Origin: Eledone cirrhosa
Taxonomy: Eukaryota
NCBI GenBank assembly: GCA_964016885.1
Contig: OZ024742.1
Location: 89,342,001-89,406,000, forward strand
DNA: 64,000 nt
Direction: 5' to 3'
In this document: one piece after another, positions 11,765-25,736 of the stretch
Numbering within the stretch: position 1 is the first letter of the stretch
Layout: every line of letters begins with the position of its first letter
Program-made: the position numbers and the translations under genes
The notes under the pieces: generated by a model
The model's input: the letters and a program-made list of their open reading frames with translations, nothing else
Database searches by the model: none
What the model was told of the DNA's origin: nothing

Positions 11765-11944
11765 TGGATTGGCAGTATCGGTAGAGGGTCGGACGCCATG
11801 CTTTGACGCATAGAGTTACGGCCCTTTCCATTCTGAGTTAAAATACCGCCGAGGTCAACTTTGCCTTTCATCCTTACGGGTTCGATAAAATAAAGTACCA
11901 GTAATGTACTGGGTAATTGCTGACCTTGTGCCAAAGGTAGAAAC
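11765..11944 (+). mobile_element. tRNA-derived SINE (main family in this window)
   Basis: TGGATTGGCAGTATCGG head, B-box-like GAGTTAAATACC, GCCTTTCATCC...GATAAAATAAAGTACCAGT body; at least 6 copies in the window. Confidence 0.8.
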
Positions 11945-12195
11945 AGTTATATATATTTCAAGGATACTAGTTTATAGTATGCTTTCATCAGATAAAATAT
12001 AATATATGATGTATAAGATAGTGACATGCCCCCAAAATAGACCTCATACGGTCAACTTAAAATGGGCATGCGATTTAAAATTTCTAAATTTCTTAGCATG
12101 TAAATTAATTGAGAGAGAGATGCTTTGTAGAGTGCTTCATATCTGTTATGAACATAACTCTGCTGAAAACTTGTCAACAAAGCATATAACTCATT

Positions 12196-12243
<48 letters not shown>

Positions 12244-12271
12244 CTAATAACACAACAGTTAGTTCACCATA

Positions 12272-12311
12272 CCGAGAACAATTGTTTCACCTTAGCGGAT
12301 CTTCAGCTCGG
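12272..12311 (-). ncRNA. Minimal hammerhead in a short non-coding insert
   Basis: Minus strand: CCGAG-CTGAAGA-tCCgctaaGGt-GAAA-CAATTG-TT-CTCGG; weak stem II. Confidence 0.6.
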
Positions 12312-12429
12312 ACTATTCATGGTTAAACGGAGCAGGAAGAACAGCCGTACGAACGCGCATGCGCAGAAACGCTCAGTACACCCAAGCGATACAAAGCTAC
12401 GGGCGAAAGTCCGGAAAAGATGTTCGAGT

Positions 12430-13330
12430 TGATTAGAAAATTAGAATGTTTTTGTTATTCAATCCAGAGCTTTGTAGTTATGCAAGAGGTGTTTCCAGAC
12501 ATTGCGTAATCTCCGTCGACCCCTTGCAACTTTTAGTAGTTGAGGGTAGAAGGCTCGCAAATGGGTTGCTTCTTCGTACACGTAACAATGCGGCCTTTTA
12601 CGGGAGTTTTGATGCACCTCAGCGCCGCTTCAATGTCTGTTTGGGCAATTATAGCCATTTTCTTTGTCTGCGCTGAAATGCACCGTTCTTCGCTCCACCG
12701 CTTCTATGGCTTCCGCTGAGACAGTTCAGTTGGTCCAGGTTTTCTCTTGTTTGATAAGCTTTCAAGCCTGGGACAACTTTTTAGTTTTGTCAGTGAGGTC
12801 CATGACTCTTTTTGGCTGCCGCCACAGCGAAAGTGTGTTTGTTGTTGGCAATGTTGTGGTTGTTGGTGATGTTGTTGTTGGTGTTGTCGTTGTTGTTGGT
12901 GTTGCCATTGTTGTTGGTGCTGTCGTTGTTCCTTTTGGTGTTGTTGGTGTTGCTGCTGTGGCAATTGGTGATATTTTTGGTGCTGCTGTTGTTTGTTCTC
13001 GGTGCAGTTGGTGAAGGTGCTGTTGCTGTTCATGTTCTTGTTGGTGGTGTTGGTAAATTCGTTTTTGTTTTTGTTGTCATTGTTTGTGTTGACTGTGTTT
13101 TAGTTGTCGCTATTACAGCTGTTGTCATTTTTTTTAAAAGTTAGTGTTCTCACTGTTGCTAATGCTGCAGGCATTGTTTATGTTGTTTGTGGTGGTTTTG
13201 TTAAATTTGTTGTTGCATGTTATGTTTGTCATAAATAGTTTTTTTTTTACTTTTGTTAGCAATGGTGTTCGTTATGTTTGCCGTATCCCTCCTCTCAGCG
13301 TTGAAGCCGCTGTGACACGAGAGCAGAATT
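12430..13330 (-). pseudogene. Gln-rich (CAA/CAG) disrupted ORF, possibly a LINE ORF1 N-terminal relic
   Basis: ORF 12704-13033 is poly-Q/H and is followed by interrupted coding-like sequence; family not firmly recognised. Confidence 0.3.
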
Positions 13331-13637
13331 AAAGTTGAGGGGGAGAGTGGCTCAGCCATTTCTTTTTTTTTTTTCGAGTAAAAAGTTTTTATCAACGAAA
13401 GTTCAAATATTTGGTCTTCACAGGGCATAGACTGAAGTCTTACTAACCTTTTCACAAAATGCAACAATCATTACAAATAAAAACAAAACTTAAATTTTAC
13501 CACTTTTGCAGAGCCCACAAAACACGTCTACATGTCTGACAGCCAATAATAATAATTATTGTTCTTTGAGTCTCACTCATTGATGTCATTTAACTGGAAA
13601 GTTTGTTGAGATGAATAACAAGCCGCTACCTGCAGCC

Positions 13638-14870
13638 TCATATATTGAGGACGTATCGGAAGGTTCTTGCTGTTCCCAGCAAGCATGCCTTTTGAAGTGT
13701 TCCAAAGAGCGTGGCTGGACTAATCTTCTTTAACCTTCCTTGGAAACTTTTTGAGATAGTACCTAGTGCGCCTATGACAATCGGGATGACCTTGACTTCA
13801 TGGCAGTTCCAAATCCTTTTTAACTTCCACTTTAAGTCCTGGTATCGGTTAATTTTCTCCCTCTCCTTTTCTTGCACTCTCGTATTAAATGGGCAGGCTA
13901 CATCTACAATCAGGCACGATATTTTTTCCTTGTCCAAAACCACCAGGTCAGGCCTATTGTGTTCTAATTTCTTGTCCGTCTGTATCCTAAAATCCCGTAG
14001 CACCTTCACCTCATCGTTTTCTATCACTGACTCTGGCTTATGCTCATACCACTTCTCAGAATGTGGTAAATTGTTTACTTTGCATAGATGCCAGTGGATC
14101 ACCCTGCCTATCACATCATGTCTCCAGCCCTTATAGTGAGTCTGGACTAGGTGTTTACACTCGGATACAATGTGAGCCACAGTCTTCTCTCTCTCTCTCT
14201 CCACAGATCCTACACAGTAATCTAGCCTCCTCCTTGTAAATATGGGGTTTCACCTACTTCGCTCTGAGGGCTTGCTCTTGCGCAGCCATGAGCATTCCTT
14301 CTGTAGCTTTTTTAAGGTCTCCTCTTTCTAACCAATTCCGTGTCTGTGGATCTCTAAATTCAGTTTTCCTAATGAAGGTACTATGAAGGGATTGTTCATG
14401 AAGGTTGCTCTTCCTCCTTGTTGTTATTTCCTCCTTGGACATCCCCTGGTCTATTGTCTTCTCCTTCAGTACAATTTTGGACATTGGCTCCCTACTCTCA
14501 GTCACGTATTTGTACAGGTTGTTTTTCTCCATCTGAACACAGTCTTCTACGCTGATAAGACCTCTTCCACCTTCATATCTATTTAAGTAGAGTCTATCGA
14601 CATCAATCCTCTTGTGGAGCATGCTGTAGATAGTCAATAGCTTCCTAGTCTTCCTATCCATTTCTTTTTGTTCAGCAACATTCCATTTCAGAATTCCCGC
14701 ACTTTACCCAATAATAGACACCGCTCGGGTATTCACTGCACTTATGACATTCCTACTATTTAGATGTGATTTTAACACTCTACTTACTCTCCTTATGTAC
14801 TCAGATCTTATCAGTTCCTTCATTTTTTTGTTCTTGGTGTCATCTGCCTCCAGAACACCTAAATATTGAT
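13638..14870 (-). mobile_element. R4/Dong-like LINE 3' fragment (RT thumb, zinc knuckle, RLE)
   Basis: ORFs 14254-14661 (RLYL.R.EGGRGL, TEGMLMAAQEQAL) and 13638-14204 (HIVSEC, RHD, NRPDLVV, VDVACP, PIVIGALG). Confidence 0.88.
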
Positions 14871-14874
14871 TATT

Positions 14875-15055
14875 GGTGGATTGGCAGTATCGGTAGAGGG
14901 TCGGACGCCATGCTTTCCAGCATAGTTACGTCCCTTTACGATCTGAGTTCAAATCCCGCCGAGGTTGACTGCCTTTCATCCTTACGGGGTCGATAAAATA
15001 AAGTACCAGTAATACATTGGGTAATTGCTGACCTTGTGCCTAAAGTAGAAACAAT
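14875..15055 (+). mobile_element. tRNA-derived SINE
   Basis: Same family as 11765; B-box GAGTTCAAATCC. Confidence 0.8.
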
Positions 15056-15136
15056 TATTACTATTATTATTATTTATTTTAAATTTATTTTTAGATGGTG
15101 ATGATGATGTTTTCTTTATTAACCAATAATAATAAT

Positions 15137-15324
15137 AATTGTTCCTACGTTTTGGCACAAGGCCAGCAATTACCCAGTGCATTACTGGTACTTTATTTTA
15201 TCGAGCCCGTAAGGATGAAACAAAGTTAACCTCGGCGGGATTTGAACACAGAATGGCAAGGGCCGAAACTCTATACGTCAAATCATGGCGTCCGACCCTC
15301 TACTGATACTGCCAATCCACCGCC
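15137..15324 (-). mobile_element. tRNA-derived SINE
   Basis: Reverse complement of the same family. Confidence 0.8.
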
Positions 15325-15782
15325 CTTAATAATAATAATAATGATAGCGATAACGATGATGGCGATAACGATGATGGTGACTCCGACAACGGCGATCCTG
15401 TTGAGAACGACGATAACGAGGAGGAAGATGATGGTGATAGCGATGATGCTGATGATGATGGTGTTAATGAAAAGGCAAATGAATATGATGATGATTATTA
15501 TGAAATCTTACGATCTAATAAATATCTGGAACAGGATTAATTATCCCACGATTCAGGTTTATTGTACATTTACCTAATTTCAATAATCCATTTAATTATT
15601 TAATTTATGATAAAGTATCTATTGAAATTATGCAAAGCCGTGAGAAACTCTTAAACATCAATGTTAATTTTAACACATGCGTGGGAATTAAAGGGATTTG
15701 TTTCGGTGCTAGAACCCCATAAATATGTCTCCCAGTTCAATATTAAATTGAATTTGGAGTCAAAAGCAAAGTGTATAACATC

Positions 15783-15918
15783 ATGTCGCAGATCCTTGTT
15801 ATCACTGTTTGTATTATACTGACTGTCGTTGGAACAACTGCATCGCATTATCCATGGCAAACACCATGGTATCCAACTCCTATACCACATTATTGGCCTC
15901 CTGTCAGTCCTCAAACAG
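15783..15918 (+). CDS. Candidate first coding exon of a host secreted protein or peptide (signal peptide plus P/W/Y/H-rich segment)
   Basis: MSQILVITVCIILTVVGTTA-SHYPWQTPWYPTPIPHYWPPVSPQT, ending at CAG|GTAATT donor; CATAAATA TATA-like box ~65 bp upstream; non-repetitive context. Confidence 0.5.
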
Positions 15919-16581
15919 GTAATTATTCTATATTTTCTTTAAATATGAACATTTTTTATGAACTCTGAAACATCTTTTAAAAATCTATCTGTATACCGAG
16001 GTTGATATAATTTTAACGATTTTGAAGTGATATTTATATTTATAGATATTTATTGGTTTTATATCGTGTAACGTGAATTCAATTTAAATTCCTAATTATC
16101 AATATTTCACCTGGTATGTCTCATTAGAAAATAAGGTATGACGATAATTCTTTCATATTTCCTGTACACCGAAGTATTGGTCGTTCGGTGTCGGTAAGTT
16201 CAAACAAATTAATATATTTATGCCATATATCAGATTACACCGTGTAATAATTGGTTTTGTTCTTGTCACTGATGTCTTCTATTCGATACTGACCCTCTAA
16301 AGATTTAATTTGGGAGTTTGGCTACTAAGTTTACTGAAGTTGTGGAACACTTTTGTCGGAACATGATGGGATGAATGTATCTCTTTCTACAAATATCTAC
16401 ATTGAGACAGAGTATTGTCGGTTATATTGGTAACAGTGTGTGATATTTTGGGAGAACCTTTACTCATAAAAATCACTATACCGAACTTGCATCAATTGTG
16501 ATTGTCAGTTTTATGGGTGCGAATAATAAGTTAACATCAAATTATAATTACATAGTTTCCAGTACAGAAAAAAAAGAAAAT

Positions 16582-16752
16582 AATTGTTTCTACTTTTGGC
16601 ACAAGGCCAACAATTACCCAGTGTATTACTGGTACTTTATTTTATCGACCCCGTAAGGATGAAAGGCAAAGTTAACCTAGGCGGGATTTGAACTCAGATC
16701 GTAAAGGGACTTGGCTATGCTGGAAAGCATGGCGTCAGACCCTCCACCGATA
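16582..16752 (-). mobile_element. tRNA-derived SINE
   Basis: Same family as 11765. Confidence 0.8.
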
Positions 16753-17094
16753 GGAGTGTGGTGGCGTTTAGAAAAGCATAAAATGTCAGTAAATGTACAT
16801 TGTTGTATGCAGTTACATCCCATTAACTTTCCGAGTTCAAATCGCATCGGTGTAAATATTGCTCTTCATCTTACCTAGGTCGATAACATAAGAACTATTC
16901 AAATACTGGGGACTATAGTTTGCCCTATAATTTAATGCTATGAACCTATCTTATATACTACTGTTAATAATATATTTACATTTTGAGTTGAAGTACCAAA
17001 CCTAGGGGAGTTTGTGTACACAGATAAACAGATATACAGTGATTATACCATTGGTTTTGGGACATAATTGATTTTTCTCCTAATCTATATGATG

Positions 17095-17400
17095 AGTTGC
17101 AGGTTGTCACCTACACTCGTGAGCTATATTTCTTTGTAGGCATTCATTTTTCAGTGGGCACTTATTAGAGTCTCTGCAGTTGCATGTTCTGTTCAGTACC
17201 GTTGTATCTGCAGTGAGTTGTTATTTTTCTGTGGTAGAATGAGTTCCTCCTGGTTCTTGCTCATGTTAAGGGATGGATATTTGCCGTTGCCTCGGACCAC
17301 CCGCTTTTGTTCTGTCCCTGGGACTTGCTCTGTCAAAGGTAATCCGGTCCACTCTTTGGTTTTTCGGCTGATTACTGTTGTATCTTAACATATTGTGATT
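17095..17400 (-). mobile_element. Naiad-like PLE endonuclease fragment
   Basis: Minus-strand translation RTCNCRDSNKCPLKNECLQRNI. Confidence 0.6.
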
Positions 17401-17799
17401 GTTATTGATATTATTGTTAATATTTCAGTTGCCGGGAATTTTAACGGAATAGCAATTTTAGAATGTATTATTTCCATTCATTGTTATGTTCACCACTCGC
17501 TTTTGCACGGGATACGATATGCTGGGACCGTAATTTACAAAGCCAGCATCGTTGTTCATGTTGTGGTTGTTGCTGTTAGCTTTACATCTATTTTTATTGT
17601 TATTTTTATTGTCTATTTTGATGACTGACCAAATACTATAAACAATGACCAGTTCACTCGTCTGAAGCCAACCATAATGACAAAACATACTTTCTGTGAA
17701 ATATGAACTGATTAACCGAGGACTGCCATAAGTATCAAATGAAACAATAAACTGGAGAATATTTTGGGGGTGACAAAAAAGTGATTGTGCAAACACGAA

Positions 17800-17888
17800 C
17801 CACGTCCAAATATAGACCAAAGAAAGTCCACGTCCAAATATAGACCAAAGAAAGTCCACGTCCAAATATAGACCAAAGAAAGACCACG
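17800..17888. repeat. 28-bp tandem repeat, 3 copies
   Basis: CACGTCCAAATATAGACCAAAGAAAGTC repeated with no spacers. Confidence 0.9.
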
Positions 17889-18499
17889 CCCGACGTAATA
17901 CGAAAATGGAAATACATCTGTGGGTAACTCCATATTCATGCTGAGCAGTGAAGAAACAACACCTAAGCCCGCCAATTACTGCATCGGATTGATAATGACA
18001 CCACTAATGATTATATAAGTAAAGTACTAACTGACGAGATCGTGTCTGATTATTATATAACTGATGCCATCTAAATACGTATCACAGGATTAAGTATTAA
18101 ATAGAATTTGATGAAATTATAAAATACTCTCATCTAATTCATTATTATAGTAATACTCTGCTGTGCACACACTTCCGTTATACATAACGGTGGAACTACA
18201 CCACGTCGAGGGCTCATCCTGCTAACGTTAGTGATTATAGATATGTACCTAAAAACTAACAAATCATTCATTCACACTTATTTAACATAACATAATCATA
18301 TACATAGAGAAAAGAGACGGAGTGAGTGGAGGGGGGAGATACAGAAAGTAAGCGGAAAACGATTCAGCGCATGGTGGTGGAGAGTTGAAATAATTTCGGA
18401 TGGTGATTCTAGGATGAAAGATTACTGCTTGGTCCTGGTGCGAGTCACTAGAGATGCTTGATGTAATATAATGGTTGAGACAGAGAGATGCTGTGCTGA

Positions 18500-20560
18500 A
18501 TGTTTGTGGGAAACGGAAGTGACGATGTGTTTTTGCTAATCCTATGTCAGGTGTTCTGTGAATCGATGTGTGTCTGCCTTGAGAACTTGTTGGTAGAGGT
18601 CAATAAGATATATTTGATAGAATATCAGTTTTTTGTACAAGTAGCCGACAATAATGTCTCTTCCTGGTGTTTTCTTATCTTGGAATTTTCCTATCACAGT
18701 ATCAAGGGCATCCTCATTTATTTCGTTGTTTATGTTGTAGTGTAGGAGCAATAGTTCGTTTTTATTTCTTTTAGCCACACTTCATATTTGTTGAAATTCT
18801 TCTTTTCACCCCATATTTTTCTCCAGAAGGAATCTATGTCTTTCTAGGATGGGGCATCAGTGACCTTTATTACTTTGCACTTCATATCTCTCTAGACTGA
18901 TGTTTGGTTTCGTCTGAATCTTTAATGAAGTACTTTTCTTTCATCTACCCTCTTCAGCTATCGGTGTTTCTCACTGACAGCTCTCAATTCTTGTTTGAGG
19001 GTGATCAGCTTATATTGAAGATTTCTGGTTGTACTGTCACCAAACATCGTTTCTATTTTATTTTTCACTCTTTGTTGTTGAGGAGTGAAGTTTATTTTTG
19101 TTTTGTTTGCATGTAAGGAGCATTGTCACATATCATATAGTTTTTCGTAGGTCAACAATCTTTTTTTCTATTTTAGTTATACACCTTCGGGTGATTTTCT
19201 GCTAGCATGTGTAGTGTCCATATTGATATTAGACGCAAATATATATGCATGTAGATATGATATGTCAAATAAAATCATAATTGACAATATGCACAGAAAT
19301 TGAAGAGGGACTGTGTTGCACTCTCTTCTGTAATCTTTAAAGTAATCCATGATACATTTAAAAAAGACGATATTATATATAAACTACTCTGCGACAAAAT
19401 TTTATGAAAACGAAAAAGAAGAAAATTAGCGACAGAAATATAAACCTTATATAACGATGAAAATATATGAATGTTTACATAAGCAATGTAATAAGTGTTA
19501 TGATATAATGAACGCTAACCGGAAGTGTTGACATTTCAAAATTTTAAAAGAAGTGAATCTTAAAATAAGCAATTATTATATATAAGAACAACTATATTTA
19601 ATCAACAGCTAAGAAATTTAGTACATAAATTATGTAATATTCAATCATTATTTATTCAAAGTAATCCAACTTATTTTACTGACGGGATAAACAAATATAT
19701 GTATGACGCAGTCCCTCACTCCTCCTTTTATTATATTATGATATGATGGTGCTTTTGTGGTGTTTTGTTCTTAATATCTCTGCTATCACCGATATAAGGC
19801 TTCATTGACGTTGCTATATATAAACAGGCGTTGATTTTCCAAAATATGGGGGTTTTAATCCGTCGTTAATATTCATCCCAATTTCGTCAATAGCACGTAA
19901 GATTTCATTATTTGGTTTTATTTTATTTAGTATTGTTGTTTTATTACGTTCAGCAAGAGAAATGTTTATACATGAATTAATTTCTTTATGGGAGATTTCG
20001 TTGCGAGAAAATTTTAATTATTTATACTTTTGATTATTATTATCGATAGTGTTTCCACAACAGTCAAGGCAGACTCAGATGGTACACGTGGTCAAATTTC
20101 TTACGGGCATAGTTGCTTCAAGGCACTGTTTGACCTGGCTGCTAGAAGGTCTAGTAGTATGACGACCTGTAGAACGTGTTGTTGATTCCATGTTTGTTCT
20201 GGGGGACTTACATTTAATAATATTTATCTTATTTTTATTTTCAACAAAATTCGCTTTTTGGCGTAATTGTTTGGCTCTGAAGTGATTTAGCTCTAGATGT
20301 ATTTTCTCCCAGTTAGGCTTCATTCTATACATATAGCCAATGGAGGGATTTTTATCACCATTTTATAACAATTAAATAAATCATCATTAAGTTGGCAACT
20401 CCAAGAGAAATGCGATTTATAATTTCGGTTTCTTCTGTAGCTACAACCGAATAAATTTCTTTACATTTCTCATTGATTTCTCACTGGTTTTATTCGGTAA
20501 ATTATTTTTGTTCCTTGTGTTCGGTATATTGTTACTGTTGATGCTGTGTCCACCCATACT
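18500..20560 (-). mobile_element. R4/Dong-like LINE 5' half (N-terminus to start of RT), interrupted by a Helitron
   Basis: RISW...NDDLFNCY..GYMYRMKPNWEKIH...KQLRQKA N-terminal motif; KTPGRDIIVGYLYKKL (KAPGPD-like). Confidence 0.6.
19172..19741 (-). mobile_element. Non-autonomous Helitron (family also at 38130-38848, 62345-62440, 63900-64000)
   Basis: Colinear similarity to 38130-38848 in reverse orientation. Confidence 0.6.
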
Positions 20561-20799
20561 GTTTATACTAAACCCTTATAAATTGAAGTATATATTTAGT
20601 CAGATATCTCTACGAATTCGAATAAAAGGTGACATCAGTGGATATAGTCAGAAGAATACCCAGTTATTCAACACGACTGTTAGTTGAGGCATTTCTGTCG
20701 GAGATATTATTCATCATAAATTCAATAAATAGTATCCCGGCCAAAATGTGCGAATGATCGTGTTGACTTACTGTGTATGTATGTTCTTCTGGTTTTATA

Positions 20800-21275
20800 A
20801 TTTCACAAATGTTTCCCAATAGAGAGAGAGTCGGTTTCTAACATAGACACAGGACTATCATTGGAATTTAGACAACATCAACTAGGTAGATTATGTATGC
20901 ATGTCTAGATATGGATGTTATTGTATGTGTGGATGTGTATGTTTTGAGTTGTATGTGTGCATGTGTATATGCTTTGTATCTGTACATGTGTATATGCAGT
21001 TATTAGATGCAAAATATTTGGAATGTTTTACATACTTTTACTGTTCCATTAATGGATTGCACTTGTAATTTCCTAACTAGTTGTGTTCTGTGTGTTCCTG
21101 TGAAGCCTAGCTCCTCAAGATTTGTATTGAGGCAGTTACTAACATAACCTATTGCCCCAATAATCACAGGCATAAATCTGAAGGTGTATTCAGGGTGGAG
21201 AATCTGCAGATTTCTCATCAGTTCTGCATAAATATTCTCCTTTTCGCTAATCTTTGTTATTATATTGGCATCTGC
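20800..21275 (-). mobile_element. R4/Dong-like LINE 3' end and 3' UTR
   Basis: KISEKENIYAELMRNLQILHPEYTFRFMPVIIGAIG...KLQVQSINGTVKVCKTF, stop at 21003. Confidence 0.75.
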
Positions 21276-21447
21276 TGTGCATACAGACCCACGCACGCAT
21301 AAAAAAAAAAAATATATATATATATATACATAAATAGAATAGACACACAAAATCATATAAAGATACACAATGTGTCATACATGAAAGGATGCAGCTTGTT
21401 ATAAACATGTACATATATAGAAAATACATACATACACACATTTATAT

Positions 21448-22471
<1,024 letters not shown>

Positions 22472-22490
22472 ATAGAGGTGTAACACACGA

Positions 22491-22876
22491 GTTGTGATAT
22501 ATTAGTAAAAGGAAAAGAAAATGCTGACAAATTTTTCCCAGTGAAAAATAGTTTAATTGGGAATAATTATTGGTTAGTATTCAGTTTTAGGTTTAAGTTT
22601 TTACCGGTTGCGCATTTCTAATGCTTTTCAAAAATGATTTTGAGATAGAGTGTCCGTGATATTTGCTCTAATCTGTTATAATTTTTAATCTAATCTGATT
22701 AGAGCAAACATCACGGGCGCTCTATCTCAGAATTTTTTTTGAACCGGTAAAAATTAAAACTAAAACTGAATACTAACCAATACTTATTACTAATTTTTAC
22801 TTATTCCTAATTAAACTATTTTTCACTGGGAAAAATTTGTCGGCATTTTCTTTTCCTTTTACTAATATATCACAAC
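22491..22876. repeat. Imperfect ~385-bp palindromic (fold-back) element; one arm also occurs at 4790-4955
   Basis: GTTGTGATATATTAGTAAAAGG ... CCTTTTACTAATATATCACAAC arms and inner GAGATAGAG..AGAGCAAA arms. Confidence 0.75.
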
Positions 22877-22895
22877 GCTCAGCTTTATAATAATA

Positions 22896-22990
22896 CTAGC
22901 TATCCCGACTGTCTGGCGCCGGCTAAGCATACCTCGCCCCACCACTCCACTGCAAAGATACCACACACCAACCCGTGTCACATTGTCCTT

Positions 22991-23070
<80 letters not shown>

Positions 23071-23114
23071 TATCTCTCCCCCTCTCTCTCTTTTTTTCTC
23101 TCTCTCTCTCTATC

Positions 23115-23151
<37 letters not shown>

Positions 23152-23266
23152 AACTAACACTTTAATTGTATCTCTCTCTGTCTAACGGCCTTTCTCTCTT
23201 CCCCCCCCCGTCTGTTTTTCTGTCTCTCTAGATGTGTGTGTGTAGTTTTCCTAATCTGTCTCTAAA

Positions 23267-23358
<92 letters not shown>

Positions 23359-23723
23359 TGTGTATGTGTGTATATTGAACGGAGATACGGAAACTAAAAC
23401 TGTTGTCATATAGAGAGTGATGAGCGACAGAGAGAGTAAAGCATTTAAATTATAAAGAGGGTGAAACAGGGAGAGGGAGAGAGAGAGAGAGTGACGACGC
23501 TCAACTTTATAATATTTTTGAGTGAAGAGCGACAAAGAGAGTAAAGCAGTTAAATTAAATAGAGGGCGAATGATCTATTATATAGAGAGGGAAGAGCGAC
23601 GGAGAAACGACGCTCAACTTTATATTTGAGAGTGAAGAGCGACGGAGAGAGTAAAGCTAACACACTATAGGGAAATGTTAGGATACATACATACATATAT
23701 AATACACACGACACTCAGCTTTA

Positions 23724-23730
<7 letters not shown>
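22896..23730 (-). mobile_element. Non-autonomous Helitron-like element with microsatellites and GAGTGAAGAGCGAC subrepeats
   Basis: CTAG terminus at 22896; subrepeats shared with the Helitron at 48860-49050; TATAAAGCTGAG 5'-like end. Confidence 0.5.
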
Positions 23731-23791
<61 letters not shown>

Positions 23792-24042
23792 AAAGTACAA
23801 CAGTTTCGACGTTCGAGTAGCAGCTAAGCCAACGAATGCTTCAGCAGTGCAACTAAGCACTCGACGAGGTATAGATCTCAGAGTAATAACATACAGTTTA
23901 AAGGGCTTTGCAAATAGAAAATAGCGACCGCTAATTCAGCTGCGTGATATGTAGCAACGAAAGAACTGACTAGTGAGAAAAAATACACACACACACACAC
24001 ACATCCATACACACACATATGTATGCATACATATGTATACAT

Positions 24043-24167
<125 letters not shown>

Positions 24168-24663
24168 TGCATATATACACATACATACGTACATGCACAT
24201 ATCTGCAGCTGGACTGCAAACTTCAAAATTATTGAATGTCTAAGTGAGGTTTCTGTAAATCCGAAATCAAGAAAATCCGCTTGTGGTGTATACAAGTTAG
24301 GTTTCTGGAAAATCGAACAGAGGATTTAATTTCTCAACAGGCTTTCGTTCTAACCCAAATCCCGGTGTGATAGCACATGTTACTACAAAGGGAGGTAACC
24401 CCAGTTTATAACGGTCAAAATCAAATTATGATCAATGGAGAAAATTTTATACACAAACTGAATTAAGCACTCAACCAGACCGTTATTAAACAAACTTAAA
24501 TAATTAACTTAATCAATGGAATTGTCAAATTAAATTAATCAATTAATCACTAGGTCTAGGAGATAGTATTACAAAAGTACATATCTGTATATATAATATA
24601 CCTGGACCGATATTCGAAATTATTGAATATCTAAGTATATATATATATATAGATATATATATA

Positions 24664-25736
24664 TAAACGGAAAAATGAAACGAAATTTCATTTCCACATC
24701 TTAGTACGGCTGTTACATAAATATAAGTATGTACACGTACATATATATATGTATACAGACGTACAGTAGTATGTATATATATATACATACATGCACACAT
24801 ATATATATGTACGTATGGATTTACCGAACATTTATGATAAAGCTCGGTGTGTTTGTAAACAAAGATCCCGTATTAAGCCGTAGTGTCTAGCAACTATCGT
24901 TTCTCGTTTGTTCAACACTGACAAAGGAACTCTGTACTAGTTTCAAGCTTATTAGCTATCGTCAACAACGTATACCTTTCTGCCAGATTGTTGAACGTAT
25001 ATACTTACCTTATGCATATTAACGGCTGAGTAGCCCAATTTGCATATCGAGTGGCTTAATCCGCCGGGTGCACCGGAAACGATAAACGGAAAAAATGAAA
25101 CGAAATTTCATTTCCACCTCTTAGTACGGCTTTTACTTAAATATAAGTATGTACACGTACATACATATATGTATACAGACGTACAGTAGTATGTATATAA
25201 ATATACATACTTGCACACATATATATATATGTACGTATGGATTCACCGAACCTTTATTATAATGCTCGGTGTGTTTGTAAACAAACATCCCGTATTAAGC
25301 CGTAGTGTCTAGCAACCATCGTTGCTCGTTTGTTCAACACTGACAAAGGAACGCTGTACTAGTTTCAAGCTTATTAGCTATCGTCAGCAACGTATACCTT
25401 CCTGCCAGATTGTTGAACGTATATACTTACCTTATGCATATTAACGGCTGAGTAGCCCAATTTGCATATCAAGTGGCTTAATCGGCCGGGTGCACCGAAA
25501 ACGATAAACGGAAAAAATGAAACGAAATTTCATTTCCCACACTTAGTACGGCTGTTACTTAAATATAAGTATGTACACGTACATACATATATGTATACAG
25601 ACGTACAGTAGTATGTATATATATATATACATACATGCACATATATATATATATGTACGTATGGATTCATGGAACCTTTATTATAATGCTCGGTGTGTTT
25701 GTAAACAAACATTCCGTATTAAGCCGTAGTGTCTAG
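24664..25736 (-). mobile_element. Tandem non-LTR retrozyme-like array, ~422-bp unit, ~2.5 copies
   Basis: AAACGGAAAAATGAAACGAAATTTC at ~24665, 25085, 25506; one HHR per complete unit. Confidence 0.8.
25352..25392 (-). ncRNA. Intact minimal type I hammerhead (C3T-mutated copy at 24930-24970)
   Basis: Minus strand: CGTTG-CTGACGA-tAGCT aata AGCTt-GAAA-CTAG-TA-CAGCG; palindromic ACTAGT stem III. Confidence 0.85.

Noticed and set aside
17800-17888. 28-bp repeats resembling CRISPR repeats
   Set aside because: Directly tandem with no spacers, no cas genes, eukaryotic context
17480-17990. Possible mariner transposase relic (YEL..ETITGEY-like)
   Set aside because: Too degenerate; no TIRs or catalytic motifs could be confirmed
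23790-23890. GAAA-containing hairpin region resembling an HHR
   Set aside because: No CUGANGA-type core with a matching stem I
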